A stretch of 64,000 bases of DNA from assembly GCA_018697295.1 (NCBI GenBank), contig JABHTJ010000001.1:292-64291 (forward strand), in the 5' to 3' direction. The DNA is from an archaeon (lineage in GTDB: Archaea; Nanobdellota; Nanobdellia; Pacearchaeales; GW2011-AR1). The notes beneath the pieces are model-generated. The model had not been told where the DNA came from. It worked only from the letters and a program-made list of their open reading frames with translations, and made no database searches. Made by a program: the position numbers and the translations under genes. How positions within the stretch are numbered: the stretch's first letter is position 1; each line of letters opens with the position of its first letter. Shown here one piece after another: positions 1-8,950 of the stretch.

Positions 1-287
1 ATTTCATCAACAATACCTCGATCTAATCCGCGAAAAGCAATAAAATCAATAGGCTTTCCAATAAATTTACATTCACTAGATGCAAAAGAAAAATTAGGAA
101 GATATGGCGCGAGCTGCTCACTTATTTGACCTTTCAAAACAGAGCGACTCCGATTAACCGCATCTTTTCTCTCCCCAACAATTTCTCCACGCCAATAAAA
201 ATCGCGCAAAATTCTTCCAACAAAAAAAGCAACAACTGCAACACTAACAAGCAAAATCCCTACAACAAATAAATTTATTTCTACCAT
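1..287 (-). CDS. Membrane-anchored endonuclease related to archaeal Holliday junction resolvase (COG4741-like); C-terminal part runs off the window
   Basis: Own translation from ATG at 285-287: MVEINLFVVGILLVSVAVVAFFVGR (N-terminal TM), then SRSVLKGQISEQLAPYLPNFSF..CKFIGKPIDFIAFRGL. Open to position 1. Absent from the ORF track because no stop lies in the window. Confidence 0.5.
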   Translation of the reverse strand, partial: MVEINLFVVGILLVSVAVVAFFVGRILRDFYWRGEIVGERKDAVNRSRSVLKGQISEQLAPYLPNFSFASSECKFIGKPIDFIAFRGLDRGIVDE

Positions 288-308
288 AAACTTCAAAATT
301 TTCCAAGA

Positions 309-1250
309 TTAATTAGATTCAAGCACACTGATCAAAGCCTCAACTTCTACACGAGAAATATCCTGAGCAATAATTTCTAGATTATTAAAGAGTTGATTTC
401 GCTTGACACTTCCAGTCAAATAAACTTCGGTTCCAAAAAAATCATCTCGAAATACTGCAGCCTTTTCAGTATCCTTCAAATCTTCTTCAGGAAGAAGTAA
501 ATTAATTTGATCGCTAAACATTACAACCCTCATAGTTTCAGTCCCGTCATCCAAAACAAAATTCAAAATTGCCCGATCCTTGGGAGTAATCGCGCCATGT
601 TCGGCACAAGTATAAACTTCTCCTTCATTCATTGCCTTCTTATTGCATTCAGGACAAACACTGTAAAATCGTGGCTGAAAAACTTGAACAACAATTCCTC
701 TAGATTTCACGGTCTGACCCTGACGAGCTTCGCTCAACAATTGCTCAGCAACAACTGGCTTGGTTTGAACATCTTGTAACTCCTTGGAACTTTTTGCAAT
801 TTCGGAAAATCCAGACAAATGAATTTCATTATCTCGAGAAGCCGCCTTTTTAATCTCAACAACATCTCCGACGTTCAAAGTTTCATTTTCTAAAAGTTCA
901 ATATGGTTAACATCCCACAAAACTACTCTCGTGTTCCCTGTTTCATCAGCAATAATAAAATTAGCAACCTTTCCGCTTCGCCCATTTTTATTAAACTCTC
1001 GAATAGGAAACAAATTAATTATTTTTCCAAAAACGTTAACTTTCTTCATTCCAGGCATAATTTCAGAGATCTTCAAATCTTGATCTTCAAAATTAATTCC
1101 AAGTTCGGCGGCGATAATCTGTGCAGCCCCCTCTTTAGAAATAAGTCCAGACAACTTCTCTTTTTTCTCATCGACCCTTCTTTCAACTTCTGCCCTATCA
1201 AGCCCAGCAGACTTAGAAATTCTATCAATCAATAAATCGTAATGCTCCAT
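309..1250 (-). CDS. Replication protein A-like ssDNA-binding protein (OB folds plus zinc finger)
   Basis: ORF 309..1271; likely start is MEHYDLL. OB-fold-like VNVFGKI..FIIADETG..VVLW pattern and a CPECNKK..x13..CAEHG zinc motif typical of archaeal RPA. Confidence 0.7.
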   Translation of the reverse strand: MEHYDLLIDRISKSAGLDRAEVERRVDEKKEKLSGLISKEGAAQIIAAELGINFEDQDLKISEIMPGMKKVNVFGKIINLFPIREFNKNGRSGKVANFIIADETGNTRVVLWDVNHIELLENETLNVGDVVEIKKAASRDNEIHLSGFSEIAKSSKELQDVQTKPVVAEQLLSEARQGQTVKSRGIVVQVFQPRFYSVCPECNKKAMNEGEVYTCAEHGAITPKDRAILNFVLDDGTETMRVVMFSDQINLLLPEEDLKDTEKAAVFRDDFFGTEVYLTGSVKRNQLFNNLEIIAQDISRVEVEALISVLESN

Positions 1251-1340
1251 GTTAAAAAAAATCACCAACACTATTTAAGTATTATTGGGATTTAGTAAAA
1301 AATTAACCCAACTTAAAACAGATTATCCCATATCAAAAGT

Positions 1341-1348
1341 TTTATAAA
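1341..1348 (+). promoter_or_regulatory. TATA-box-like element (TTTATAAA) about 25 nt upstream of the ATG at 1370
   Basis: Sequence match to archaeal TATA consensus. The same spacing recurs upstream of many genes here. Confidence 0.45.
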
Positions 1349-1369
1349 TCAAAACAAAGACAAGTCAAT

Positions 1370-1516
1370 ATGGAATGTACAAGTTGTAGCAAAGAAACGA
1401 CAAAAAGCGTCAAATTTCCCTGTCCAAAGTGCGGGAAACAGATTCTCCGATGTGACAAATGCCGAAGTCTCTCTATTGAATATAAATGCAATAATTGCGA
1501 ATACGTAGGCCCATAA
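1370..1516 (+). CDS. Small Zn-ribbon protein (COG2888-like, usually linked to aEF-1beta)
   Basis: Own translation: MECTSCSKETTKSVKFPCPKCGKQILRCDKCRSLSIEYKCNNCEYVGP, 48 aa with four CxxC pairs. Its TAA overlaps the next ATG (TAATG). Below the ORF-track size cutoff. Confidence 0.6.
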   Translation: MECTSCSKETTKSVKFPCPKCGKQILRCDKCRSLSIEYKCNNCEYVGP

Positions 1517-1788
1517 TGGGAATGGCCGGAGTTCAGTTCAAAATAATGCCTGAAAGCGCAGAAACTAATCTTGACGAAATCGTAAAAAGTGCTACTTCTA
1601 AAATTGAAGAATTAGGTGGAAAGGTAAGTTCATCGGAGGAAGTTCCAATAGCATTTGGACTTAAATCAATCACCTTAACACTAGCATATCCTGAAGAAAA
1701 GGAAGTTGACAATGTGGGAAATGCACTCAACGAAATTGAAAATGTTTCTTCAGCCGAGATGATAGATTATCGAAGAGCGCTAGGTTAA
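1516..1788 (+). CDS. Translation elongation factor aEF-1 beta
   Basis: MGMAGVQFKIMPESAETNLDEI...EEVPIAFGLKSITL...IDYRRAL matches the roughly 90-aa archaeal EF-1beta pattern. Start moved to the internal ATG at 1516. Confidence 0.8.
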   Translation: MGMAGVQFKIMPESAETNLDEIVKSATSKIEELGGKVSSSEEVPIAFGLKSITLTLAYPEEKEVDNVGNALNEIENVSSAEMIDYRRALG

Positions 1789-1832
1789 ACATTAAAAAAC
1801 CCCAATCAATAAAAAATTTCTTAAGACACAAA

Positions 1833-1840
1833 TTTTATAA
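1833..1840 (+). promoter_or_regulatory. TATA-box-like element (TTTTATAA) about 26 nt upstream of the ATG at 1863
   Basis: Sequence and spacing. Confidence 0.4.
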
Positions 1841-1862
1841 CCCTTACAACCATGATTTTACC

Positions 1863-2459
1863 ATGGCAATTTCAGAAGAAGAATCAAAGAAAATAAAAGA
1901 ACATTTACTTGGACAACTTTCTCAATTTCCAGAAGATAAAAGAGAACAAATTACAAAAGAAATTAATTCAATGACGAACGAACAAATCGAAAATTTTGTT
2001 AAAGAAAATAACCTCACACATCTCGGAGAAAATGAGTGCATTTTTTGCTCAATAGTTTCTGGACAAAATCCCTCTTACAAAATTGCAGAAGATAACAAAA
2101 ATTTAGCAATTCTTGAATTAAATCCTCTAAGCAAGGGACACACCTTAATCGTGCCAAAAGATCACTCTCAAGAAATCGATAAAAAATCAAACTTTGTCGA
2201 AATAGTTCAAAAAAAATTGGAAGAAAGGCTCGGAACAAAAGAATTTCAAAAAAATAATCTTAAAATCATGGACCATCAAATTCTTGAGCTAATTCCAATT
2301 TATGGAAATGAAAAAGAAAGACATCCAGCAACAAAAAAGGAATTGGAAGAAATTCAGGAAGAAATTCTTCGCCAACAAATAGTTCCAAGTGAATTAGATG
2401 GTTCAATGCCTTCTGCCCCAGAAAAAATAATCCAAAAATTAAAACCAAGAATCCCTTAA
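1863..2459 (+). CDS. HIT-domain protein with N-terminal extension and degenerate histidine triad
   Basis: ECIFCSIVSG..YKIAEDN..AILELNPLSKGHTLIVPKDH is HIT-like. The expected HxHxH position reads MDHQILELIP. Confidence 0.55.
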   Translation: MAISEEESKKIKEHLLGQLSQFPEDKREQITKEINSMTNEQIENFVKENNLTHLGENECIFCSIVSGQNPSYKIAEDNKNLAILELNPLSKGHTLIVPKDHSQEIDKKSNFVEIVQKKLEERLGTKEFQKNNLKIMDHQILELIPIYGNEKERHPATKKELEEIQEEILRQQIVPSELDGSMPSAPEKIIQKLKPRIP

Positions 2460-2475
2460 GAAATTTCTCATAATC

Positions 2476-3303
2476 TCAAATTCCAAAAAGAGCGCCAAGC
2501 AACCAATCTTGCAAAAAATAATATCCCAAAAAACCTAATAAAAAAGCAGGAGCAAATGGAAGCCCTTCCTTAATTTTTATCATTTTTTTATGTTTTAATA
2601 AAACAATATCTTTTTTTGAAAGGCCGTCATGGTTTGCTTCAATCGTTTTTTTGCCGAGGACAATATCGTCAACTAACCAATCTCCTTCTTGCAAATCTTT
2701 TCCAGAAACAAATTTCACCATACAAACATTTTCAAGAGATTTTGCAAAAACAAAAACAAGAGGAAATGAAATGACAAGACCTGCAAAAATGAAAAAATAA
2801 GCATTAAAAAATCCAAGCAAAAGCAAAATCATTCCAGAGAACAAGTAATATTTTACCTGTAATCGAACATATTCTTTCCGAAATAATTTCAAAACTTCCT
2901 CCAAATTTTTGCCAAAAAGAACAAGCGAATAACTAAGCCCATATAATGATCCGGCAAGCATTAAAAATAAAACGAACACTCCAAGGTTGAATAATGAGGA
3001 GACATAAGTTGCTCCGACAAAAAGAGGCGCCATAGCAAATAATAGTTTTGCATCTCCTCCTGCAAATACGCGAGAATAATAAAATAAATTCATTAGAATA
3101 AACATTGCAACGATGACAAAACCGAGAACAAATAAAATGCTCAAATTATTTTCAAAGGTGGCAACAAAAACAAAGTAAGAACTTCCGCCAATGAGCAAAA
3201 ATAAGTTAAGCCAATTATCAATTTCTCTTCGTTTCAAATCTTGCAACAATGCAATAATTAACCCGACCAAAAAAAACCAAAATAAAAAATCAAAACTAAC
3301 CAT
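2476..3303 (-). CDS. Archaeal prepilin/preflagellin peptidase (A24 family, PibD/FlaK-like) with an inserted soluble domain
   Basis: Polytopic membrane protein. First Asp motif is LLQDLKRREIDNW and second is FAGGDAKLLFA (GxGD-type). Last gene of the pilus operon. Confidence 0.75.
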   Translation of the reverse strand: MVSFDFLFWFFLVGLIIALLQDLKRREIDNWLNLFLLIGGSSYFVFVATFENNLSILFVLGFVIVAMFILMNLFYYSRVFAGGDAKLLFAMAPLFVGATYVSSLFNLGVFVLFLMLAGSLYGLSYSLVLFGKNLEEVLKLFRKEYVRLQVKYYLFSGMILLLLGFFNAYFFIFAGLVISFPLVFVFAKSLENVCMVKFVSGKDLQEGDWLVDDIVLGKKTIEANHDGLSKKDIVLLKHKKMIKIKEGLPFAPAFLLGFLGYYFLQDWLLGALFGI

Positions 3304-3518
3304 CAGCTAATTTTTTTAGATTTTTTATTTTTATTTGACTTTAATTTCTTCTCAGAATTTCCATTTACTTTAACAGAAGTCTCTTCGGAAACTACATTAC
3401 CTTCTTCAGAGATGTTGTGGGTTCGAAACTTCCCACCACGCTTATAGCCTCTGTTCAAACGCTTGCGTTTCAAATCTCCCTTCGTTTTTCTCGCACCATC
3501 TCCTCCGTGAGCCATCAT
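3303..3518 (-). CDS. Small, very basic hypothetical protein
   Basis: 71-aa K/R-rich ORF. Its stop overlaps the peptidase start and its start overlaps the upstream gene. Confidence 0.35.
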   Translation of the reverse strand: MMAHGGDGARKTKGDLKRKRLNRGYKRGGKFRTHNISEEGNVVSEETSVKVNGNSEKKLKSNKNKKSKKIS

Positions 3519-4081
3519 AGAACCTCCAGGAAATAATTTATCCCATCAGAGGTAACACTATAATCGGAAGAATATTCAAAAGAAGCTCTAACTGGAAAGC
3601 TAATTTTTTTTAGCGAGCCTGAAGGCAAAATAATTTCTTTTCCGATACTTCCTCGAGAAAACAATAAATTTCCATTATCCAAAACAAACGAATCCTCACT
3701 ATACAATCTAGATTCAAATAAATTATCGGGAACCGAATCTAATGGCTTCCCCTCAATTGCAATTCCTTCTAGAATAAAATCATTCATCAAAGAGTCTGTA
3801 GAAGTTTTTTGAATCAAAATTTCTCGAAAAGAGTTCGTAAACTCTTCAGTCCCAAAAACATAACTTCCATCGACTGAATTCAATGATTCGAAAATGAGTA
3901 CCTTTTCTCGAAGTTCAAATAAATCATAAGAATGGCTAACTTTCAAAACCTCTCCTGGATTAACAAGTGCTCCTTGAATCTTTCCCTGACCATTTAACCA
4001 GAACATAATATCTAATGCGCCAAATGCAAAAACTAAAAGAATTAAATAAAGTATAAAAAAAGCTCCGCGTTTACATTTCAT
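3515..4081 (-). CDS. Pilin-like protein with class III signal peptide
   Basis: N-terminus MKCKRG/AFFILYLILLVFAF: basic residues, Gly, then a hydrophobic helix. 4-nt overlaps with neighbours. Confidence 0.55.
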   Translation of the reverse strand: MKCKRGAFFILYLILLVFAFGALDIMFWLNGQGKIQGALVNPGEVLKVSHSYDLFELREKVLIFESLNSVDGSYVFGTEEFTNSFREILIQKTSTDSLMNDFILEGIAIEGKPLDSVPDNLFESRLYSEDSFVLDNGNLLFSRGSIGKEIILPSGSLKKISFPVRASFEYSSDYSVTSDGINYFLEVL

Positions 4082-4335
4082 TGGGGAAATCCTCCTGACA
4101 AGATGTTCCCAAAATATAATTTATAGAAATTAATTTGCTCGCTAATTACTTCTTGAATCAAATCATGAGAAATCATGCTATCTATATCGCCCTCTGAATA
4201 AACGGCCACACCTTCAACATCTAACAATGAAATGAGCCCAGAACCAAATACGTATGCCGCTAAAAGTGCAACAATCGCGATAGTCCCGATAAAAAGCATG
4301 ACAATAGAGCCAACAACTCCCCGTTTAGAATTCAT
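4078..4335 (-). CDS. Small pilin-like protein with class III signal peptide
   Basis: MNSKRG/VVGSIVMLFIGTIAIVALLAAYVF. Confidence 0.55.
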   Translation of the reverse strand: MNSKRGVVGSIVMLFIGTIAIVALLAAYVFGSGLISLLDVEGVAVYSEGDIDSMISHDLIQEVISEQINFYKLYFGNILSGGFPQ

Positions 4336-4855
4336 TATTCACCACCACCACAATTTTTAAAACCCCATTAATTTCATTTCCATTGGATTTAATTAAAATC
4401 GAAAATTCCTTGTCTTTCAGGCCATAAAATCCAGGTTCATATTTTCGAAGATCTTCTGAAAATTCAGCTTCTTCAAAGAGATCTTTAACCCAGACAAGAC
4501 CAGAATCTCCATGAACTAGCTCTCGAATCAAATTTCCCCCATTATCAAACAATTCAACTCGAACAAAAAAACGACTTGACTCAATTTCATCAAATCCACA
4601 ATAAGAAAGAAGGGAGCTAGGTGCTTCCCCAGAAATTAAATCTAGATTAACAATTCCAGTACTTGTTAAACAAGAAATAACATTTCCTGCCAAAATCTCT
4701 GCCTCTGCATCTCGAACATCAATATAATGCGCATACGAACTTCCAGAAATTCCAAGCATAACAACCATGATCAAAGTAATTAAAATAATTCGCGGAATCC
4801 ATATAATCGCATTCCCTGTCATTCCCTCTCCACGAACATCTTCAATCAATTTCAT
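4325..4855 (-). CDS. Pilin-like / membrane-anchored pilus accessory protein
   Basis: N-terminal DVRGEG..AIIWIPRIILITLIMVVML hydrophobic segment; sits within the operon. Confidence 0.45.
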   Translation of the reverse strand: MKLIEDVRGEGMTGNAIIWIPRIILITLIMVVMLGISGSSYAHYIDVRDAEAEILAGNVISCLTSTGIVNLDLISGEAPSSLLSYCGFDEIESSRFFVRVELFDNGGNLIRELVHGDSGLVWVKDLFEEAEFSEDLRKYEPGFYGLKDKEFSILIKSNGNEINGVLKIVVVVNNEF

Positions 4856-5217
4856 TCAACCACCACCTTAAAAATTTTTTCTTCATCGATAATTTTCACC
4901 GAATGCAAACTAAAGTAAGGATATCCAACTAAAGAATTTAAATTATCTACGTCAACAAAAATTTTGCCACCATTCACACGAATATCTCGTATAACTCCTC
5001 GAGGATTTTGTTTCTCAACGACAAATTCCATTCCAGGACGAGCAGAATCAATCAACAGTGCCAGTTCTTTTTCCAAAACTTGTTGTTTAACACCATTAGA
5101 ATTCATTTTTTGAGAACTAAATGTTAAAAAAATAACAAACAAAATTCCAATAATTACAATCATAATAATCATGCCTTCAATCATCCCCCTACGATTAGTA
5201 AAACTCTTCATCACCAT
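4852..5217 (-). CDS. Pilin-like protein with class III signal peptide
   Basis: MVMKSFTNRRG/MIEGMIIMIVIIGILFVIF. Confidence 0.5.
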   Translation of the reverse strand: MVMKSFTNRRGMIEGMIIMIVIIGILFVIFLTFSSQKMNSNGVKQQVLEKELALLIDSARPGMEFVVEKQNPRGVIRDIRVNGGKIFVDVDNLNSLVGYPYFSLHSVKIIDEEKIFKVVVE

Positions 5218-5267
5218 ATATAAAAAACCAAATCCAACTTAATAAAACTTGCTTCTTTAAAGAATTA

Positions 5268-5387
5268 TCAAAATTTACTCGCAAGATTACGAAGAACAAA
5301 AACAATCACACCAAACAAAATTAAAGCAAATATCCAAGTAAGAATTTTGTTAGTTCCTACCCCAAGACTAGAGTTATACAAAGACAT
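5268..5387 (-). CDS. Possible 39-aa single-TM micro-protein
   Basis: Own translation: MSLYNSSLGVGTNKILTWIFALILFGVIVFVLRNLASKF. Overlaps the preceding small ORF. Below the track cutoff. Confidence 0.3.
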   Translation of the reverse strand: MSLYNSSLGVGTNKILTWIFALILFGVIVFVLRNLASKF

Positions 5388-5526
5388 GCCAGCCTCCAAA
5401 CCTCAGGGCATCTCGAATAGCACCCAACATTGCACTACCCTTTTCCGTAAACAAAGATATTGCCCCAATAATAACCACCAACATAAGAATAGCAATTATC
5501 CCCTTCATCAACTCCTGCAATTCCAT
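5374..5526 (-). CDS. Possible 50-aa single-TM micro-protein
   Basis: Own translation: MELQELMKGIIAILMLVVIIGAISLFTEKGSAMLGAIRDALRFGGWHVFV. Lies in the gap between pilin genes on the operon strand. Confidence 0.35.
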   Translation of the reverse strand: MELQELMKGIIAILMLVVIIGAISLFTEKGSAMLGAIRDALRFGGWHVFV

Positions 5527-5566
5527 AGAATAAAATGCTAAAAGAAATTAATAAATGTATCTAAAA

Positions 5567-6067
5567 CTATTGCTTACAACAAGCTTGACCCGGATTATCT
5601 TCCTTATCTTTTGAATCTAAAACTTGAAATGTTAAATCCTCTACAGCACAATGAAGGGTCGGAGTCCATTCCCCACCTAAACTCTCACAGGTTGCAGATT
5701 CCTCATTAGTGGTTAAATCTGGAACTTTGGAAGGATCACAAACAATCGAACAATCATCTACACCAATCTTAGAACTATCTTCGAGACTTTCACAACTTCC
5801 TTTTTCCAAAATTTTATCTCCATAGTTAACAGTCCTTAGTTTTTGACAATAATCATAAGTCTGCTCCGCCGAACACGCAAGTTGACAAACCTGGGCAATA
5901 TCACCAACATTAGATTCGGTACCACCAAAAATTTTAAGCTTTTCAAATAAATTATTCCACCCAGTAGTAAAGCCAAATATCAAGATAACTAAAACTACAA
6001 GCCCAAGTAAAATTATTATAATAGTCCCAAGAGTTAAATTCTGCCCCTTCTTATCTTTCATCACCAT
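5567..6067 (-). CDS. Cys-rich pilin-like protein with class III signal peptide
   Basis: MVMKDKKGQ/NLTLGTIIIILLGLVVLVILIF, followed by a globular part with 12 Cys. Confidence 0.6.
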   Translation of the reverse strand: MVMKDKKGQNLTLGTIIIILLGLVVLVILIFGFTTGWNNLFEKLKIFGGTESNVGDIAQVCQLACSAEQTYDYCQKLRTVNYGDKILEKGSCESLEDSSKIGVDDCSIVCDPSKVPDLTTNEESATCESLGGEWTPTLHCAVEDLTFQVLDSKDKEDNPGQACCKQ

Positions 6068-6112
6068 ACAACCTAAAGCATTTATTTATTTATAAACTTT
6101 TACCAAACTCCC

Positions 6113-6457
6113 CTAGCACAAGGTAGAGGCGCAACTAACTTCATTAATCCGCTCAGAAGACCAGGATAAGTCTCTTGCAGCGTCACAGGTCGTAAAAATT
6201 TCATCATCACCGGCAAGACGAACAGTTTTTTCATCGCAGCAATAAGAATATTCTGATTGGAGATTCGCCAAAATATTACAACCTTCAATAAAAGAATCAA
6301 CATTAGTTTCTTCAGAATAAATCGTCACAGTATCTTTAAAAAATCCTATCTGAAAAACAAACATATACATCAGAGCGAGCAAGACCATAATCCCAAGAAC
6401 CATCAAAACAATCGTCGTAAATGCCATCGAGAATCCCCGTACATCTTTTTTATCCAT
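6113..6457 (-). CDS. Cys-rich pilin-like protein with class III signal peptide
   Basis: MDKKDVRG/FSMAFTTIVLMVLGIMVLLALM. Shares a C..LA....Y.YC pattern with the 5567..6067 product. Confidence 0.6.
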   Translation of the reverse strand: MDKKDVRGFSMAFTTIVLMVLGIMVLLALMYMFVFQIGFFKDTVTIYSEETNVDSFIEGCNILANLQSEYSYCCDEKTVRLAGDDEIFTTCDAARDLSWSSERINEVSCASTLC

Positions 6458-6487
6458 AACTTAATGTAGTTTCAAACATATATAAAT

Positions 6488-8695
6488 TTAAGTCAATCCT
6501 GTCAGAGCAATCGCACCAACAACAGTCAACCCAACAATAGAAAGGAGTGAAACGACAGCATATAAAATAAGGGTTTTTTTCAAGTTCTTTCCAATTTCAC
6601 TCGTCGCCTGAAGAGGATCTCGCCCAGCCTTAATAGTAACGAGAGTAGTTGTCAAAATAAAAACAATTTGAATAAGATAAACTCCGACGACAACCTGCAA
6701 CCAATAAGTCGGAATCATCGCAGTAACATCAAAAATTGAAAGAATTCCACTGATCCCCCCAGCACCTGCAAGCGAAGCACCATCTCCGGCGCCACTTTCA
6801 AAGAGAAGAGATAAATTTCCAAGAATCGTTGTAATCATTCCTGCAAGTCCAACAATTATTCCAGAAAGAAGAGGAGCTAAAAAACTCATATTAGATTTCA
6901 TATCAGAAATAATATCTGCCAAAAGATCATTTAGCCGATCATTAATTTTCTTAATATTTTTAACATATTCACTAATCGACATCAAACTCTGAGCAGCAAC
7001 CTTCAAACCTTTCTTAACGGACTCTGTCAAAATTTTCATCGAAGTTGCAATAAGTTGAGAAGGATAAAACACGACAGCGCCTCGACGAGGATCAAAAAGT
7101 GCTCGTTCAAGACTCATACCCAGAGAGGCAATATTGGAATTAACCATCGAGAAAAATCCGTGCGTCGCAGTTCCCTTCGACGATTCAGCAACTTTTGAAA
7201 AAGCAACTTCTGCCGGGGTCCCGTCCCCTAAGCGGTTTCCTAACTGAAATAAAGAAGAAGTAAATTCTTTTTCAACTTCCTTATATTCATCCCTTGCAAG
7301 AATAAGACGTTTTGTCTTTCCACCATATGCAACAATGAAAACAATCGCAATTGAAAGTGGAACAAATAAACTCAAAACAAGCGCAAGAGAACCAAACGGT
7401 CCAACCAAATTCCCAGACGCATTTTCGATAATTCCAAAAACGCCAGAGTTTCCTAAAAAGGAAATTCCAATTTCATTCCATGTATAATCTCTTTGCATGT
7501 TAAGCCAAGTCGGAACAGGGGTATAACGCCACAACAAAGGAATAATTCCAAGAATAAAAAATGGAATTGCAAATAAAATTCCCCTCACATAATGTTTATT
7601 GCTTAGATATTCTGAATACAAAGGATTTTTCTCTAAAAGACTTGATTCTCCATATCCGCCAGGTCGTTTCATCATAACATTCCCTGTAAGATAGATAACC
7701 ATGAAAGGAATTAGGATATTAAAAATCATCAACACATGATACCATTTAATCGCACCAGCAAGCATAGTCGACGCAAGAGGCAAAATTGCAAGTGCTAACG
7801 TCGGAAGAACAATTCCCAACATGTAAATACTCGTCAGAGGAGCCTTAACCTCATGAGTATATTTTAGCATCTTATCGTAAACTCCGTCAAGAATTACTTG
7901 CAAGGATTTTTCTAAAACTGTAATTCGGCGTCCCTCATTTGGCTCATATAAACTAGACTCGATTAAATGAAATGCCTCAACAAATTCCAAACTATGCCCT
8001 TTACAACTCTCCAAATAATGATCCATACTCTCTTTTATCGTTGAAAATTTCCCGACCTCAACATCCCAAAAAACTTTTCGAAAATCAAGGGATAATGGAG
8101 CTTCCAAATGCTCAGCTGCAAAACTAACGGCCTTTTCAAAGTTACTCGTATGCTTCATATAAATTACAATATACAAAATAGCCGGAACCATCTGACTACC
8201 AGCTTTCAAACGCCACTTCATCGCAAGCCGATCAGGAGTACGGGAAGAATAGAAGAATAAAAAAATCGCTAAGAGGAAAACTAAAAATAGGAACATCAAA
8301 GAAAATGTCCCTGTAATAAGCCACACACCAATAAAGAATAACATTCCTCCAAAAAGTGTGAGCAATAAAAGCATCGTCGAGAAAACAACTGATTCAGATG
8401 CAGTAATGTTCAGGTGAGCAGTTTTTATTCCTGCTTCGATTCGCTTCTTATCTTTTTCGCCAACCTTTATTTTAAATAAATTTCCAAGCGTCTTGCACCA
8501 TTTTTCATAGCGAGAAAATTCGGGACTCATTGAAGACCTAAATTGTTCATAACTTGAACTAAATTTTGGAGAAGATTTTCCGTCAGCGGGAGCCGTAGCT
8601 GCAGAAGTGAGATTAGAAGTCTTCATTTGCTTTTCAATTTTAGCACCATACTTCTTCAAAATATCATCAGTCGTAGGATTTTTTTTATTTGCCAT
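6488..8695 (-). CDS. Large polytopic membrane protein, FlaJ/TadC/PilC-like (T2SS-F family) pilus platform candidate
   Basis: 735 aa with many TM segments. The soluble stretch AVSFAAEHLEAPLSLDFRKVFWDVEVGKFSTIKESMDHYLES resembles T2SSF domains. Located next to the secretion ATPase. Confidence 0.55.
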   Translation of the reverse strand: MANKKNPTTDDILKKYGAKIEKQMKTSNLTSAATAPADGKSSPKFSSSYEQFRSSMSPEFSRYEKWCKTLGNLFKIKVGEKDKKRIEAGIKTAHLNITASESVVFSTMLLLLTLFGGMLFFIGVWLITGTFSLMFLFLVFLLAIFLFFYSSRTPDRLAMKWRLKAGSQMVPAILYIVIYMKHTSNFEKAVSFAAEHLEAPLSLDFRKVFWDVEVGKFSTIKESMDHYLESCKGHSLEFVEAFHLIESSLYEPNEGRRITVLEKSLQVILDGVYDKMLKYTHEVKAPLTSIYMLGIVLPTLALAILPLASTMLAGAIKWYHVLMIFNILIPFMVIYLTGNVMMKRPGGYGESSLLEKNPLYSEYLSNKHYVRGILFAIPFFILGIIPLLWRYTPVPTWLNMQRDYTWNEIGISFLGNSGVFGIIENASGNLVGPFGSLALVLSLFVPLSIAIVFIVAYGGKTKRLILARDEYKEVEKEFTSSLFQLGNRLGDGTPAEVAFSKVAESSKGTATHGFFSMVNSNIASLGMSLERALFDPRRGAVVFYPSQLIATSMKILTESVKKGLKVAAQSLMSISEYVKNIKKINDRLNDLLADIISDMKSNMSFLAPLLSGIIVGLAGMITTILGNLSLLFESGAGDGASLAGAGGISGILSIFDVTAMIPTYWLQVVVGVYLIQIVFILTTTLVTIKAGRDPLQATSEIGKNLKKTLILYAVVSLLSIVGLTVVGAIALTGLT

Positions 8696-8912
8696 ATTTC
8701 ACCTTTTTTCTGCCATTTAGGGCACTCTTTTGGAGCTCTTTTTGTAAAAATTCATTAACAGCTATATCAATAAACTGCTTCCGATTTACATATTTATATC
8801 TATGAGATTTCTTCCTAATAAATTCTTCGACTTCTAAAAGTAAGCTAGAATCAATTTTCACAACAGCATCACGAATCTTTTTCCCCATAATTAAGTTACT
8901 CAGAGTAACCAT
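8685..8912 (-). CDS. Ribbon-helix-helix (CopG-like) DNA-binding protein
   Basis: VKIDSSLLLEVEEFIRKK...NRKQFIDIAVNEFLQKEL fits a strand-helix-helix layout. An alternative start is MGKK at 8888. Confidence 0.45.
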   Translation of the reverse strand: MVTLSNLIMGKKIRDAVVKIDSSLLLEVEEFIRKKSHRYKYVNRKQFIDIAVNEFLQKELQKSALNGRKKVKYGK

Positions 8913-8950
8913 TCGTAACTAAGCACCTATATAAATATTTCTCACAGAAC

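Noticed and set aside
5347-5541. 64-aa plus-strand ORF in the gap between pilin genes.
   Set aside because: It is antisense to the operon direction and its product has no features. The minus strand offers two short TM ORFs that fit the operon better, although those are themselves low confidence.
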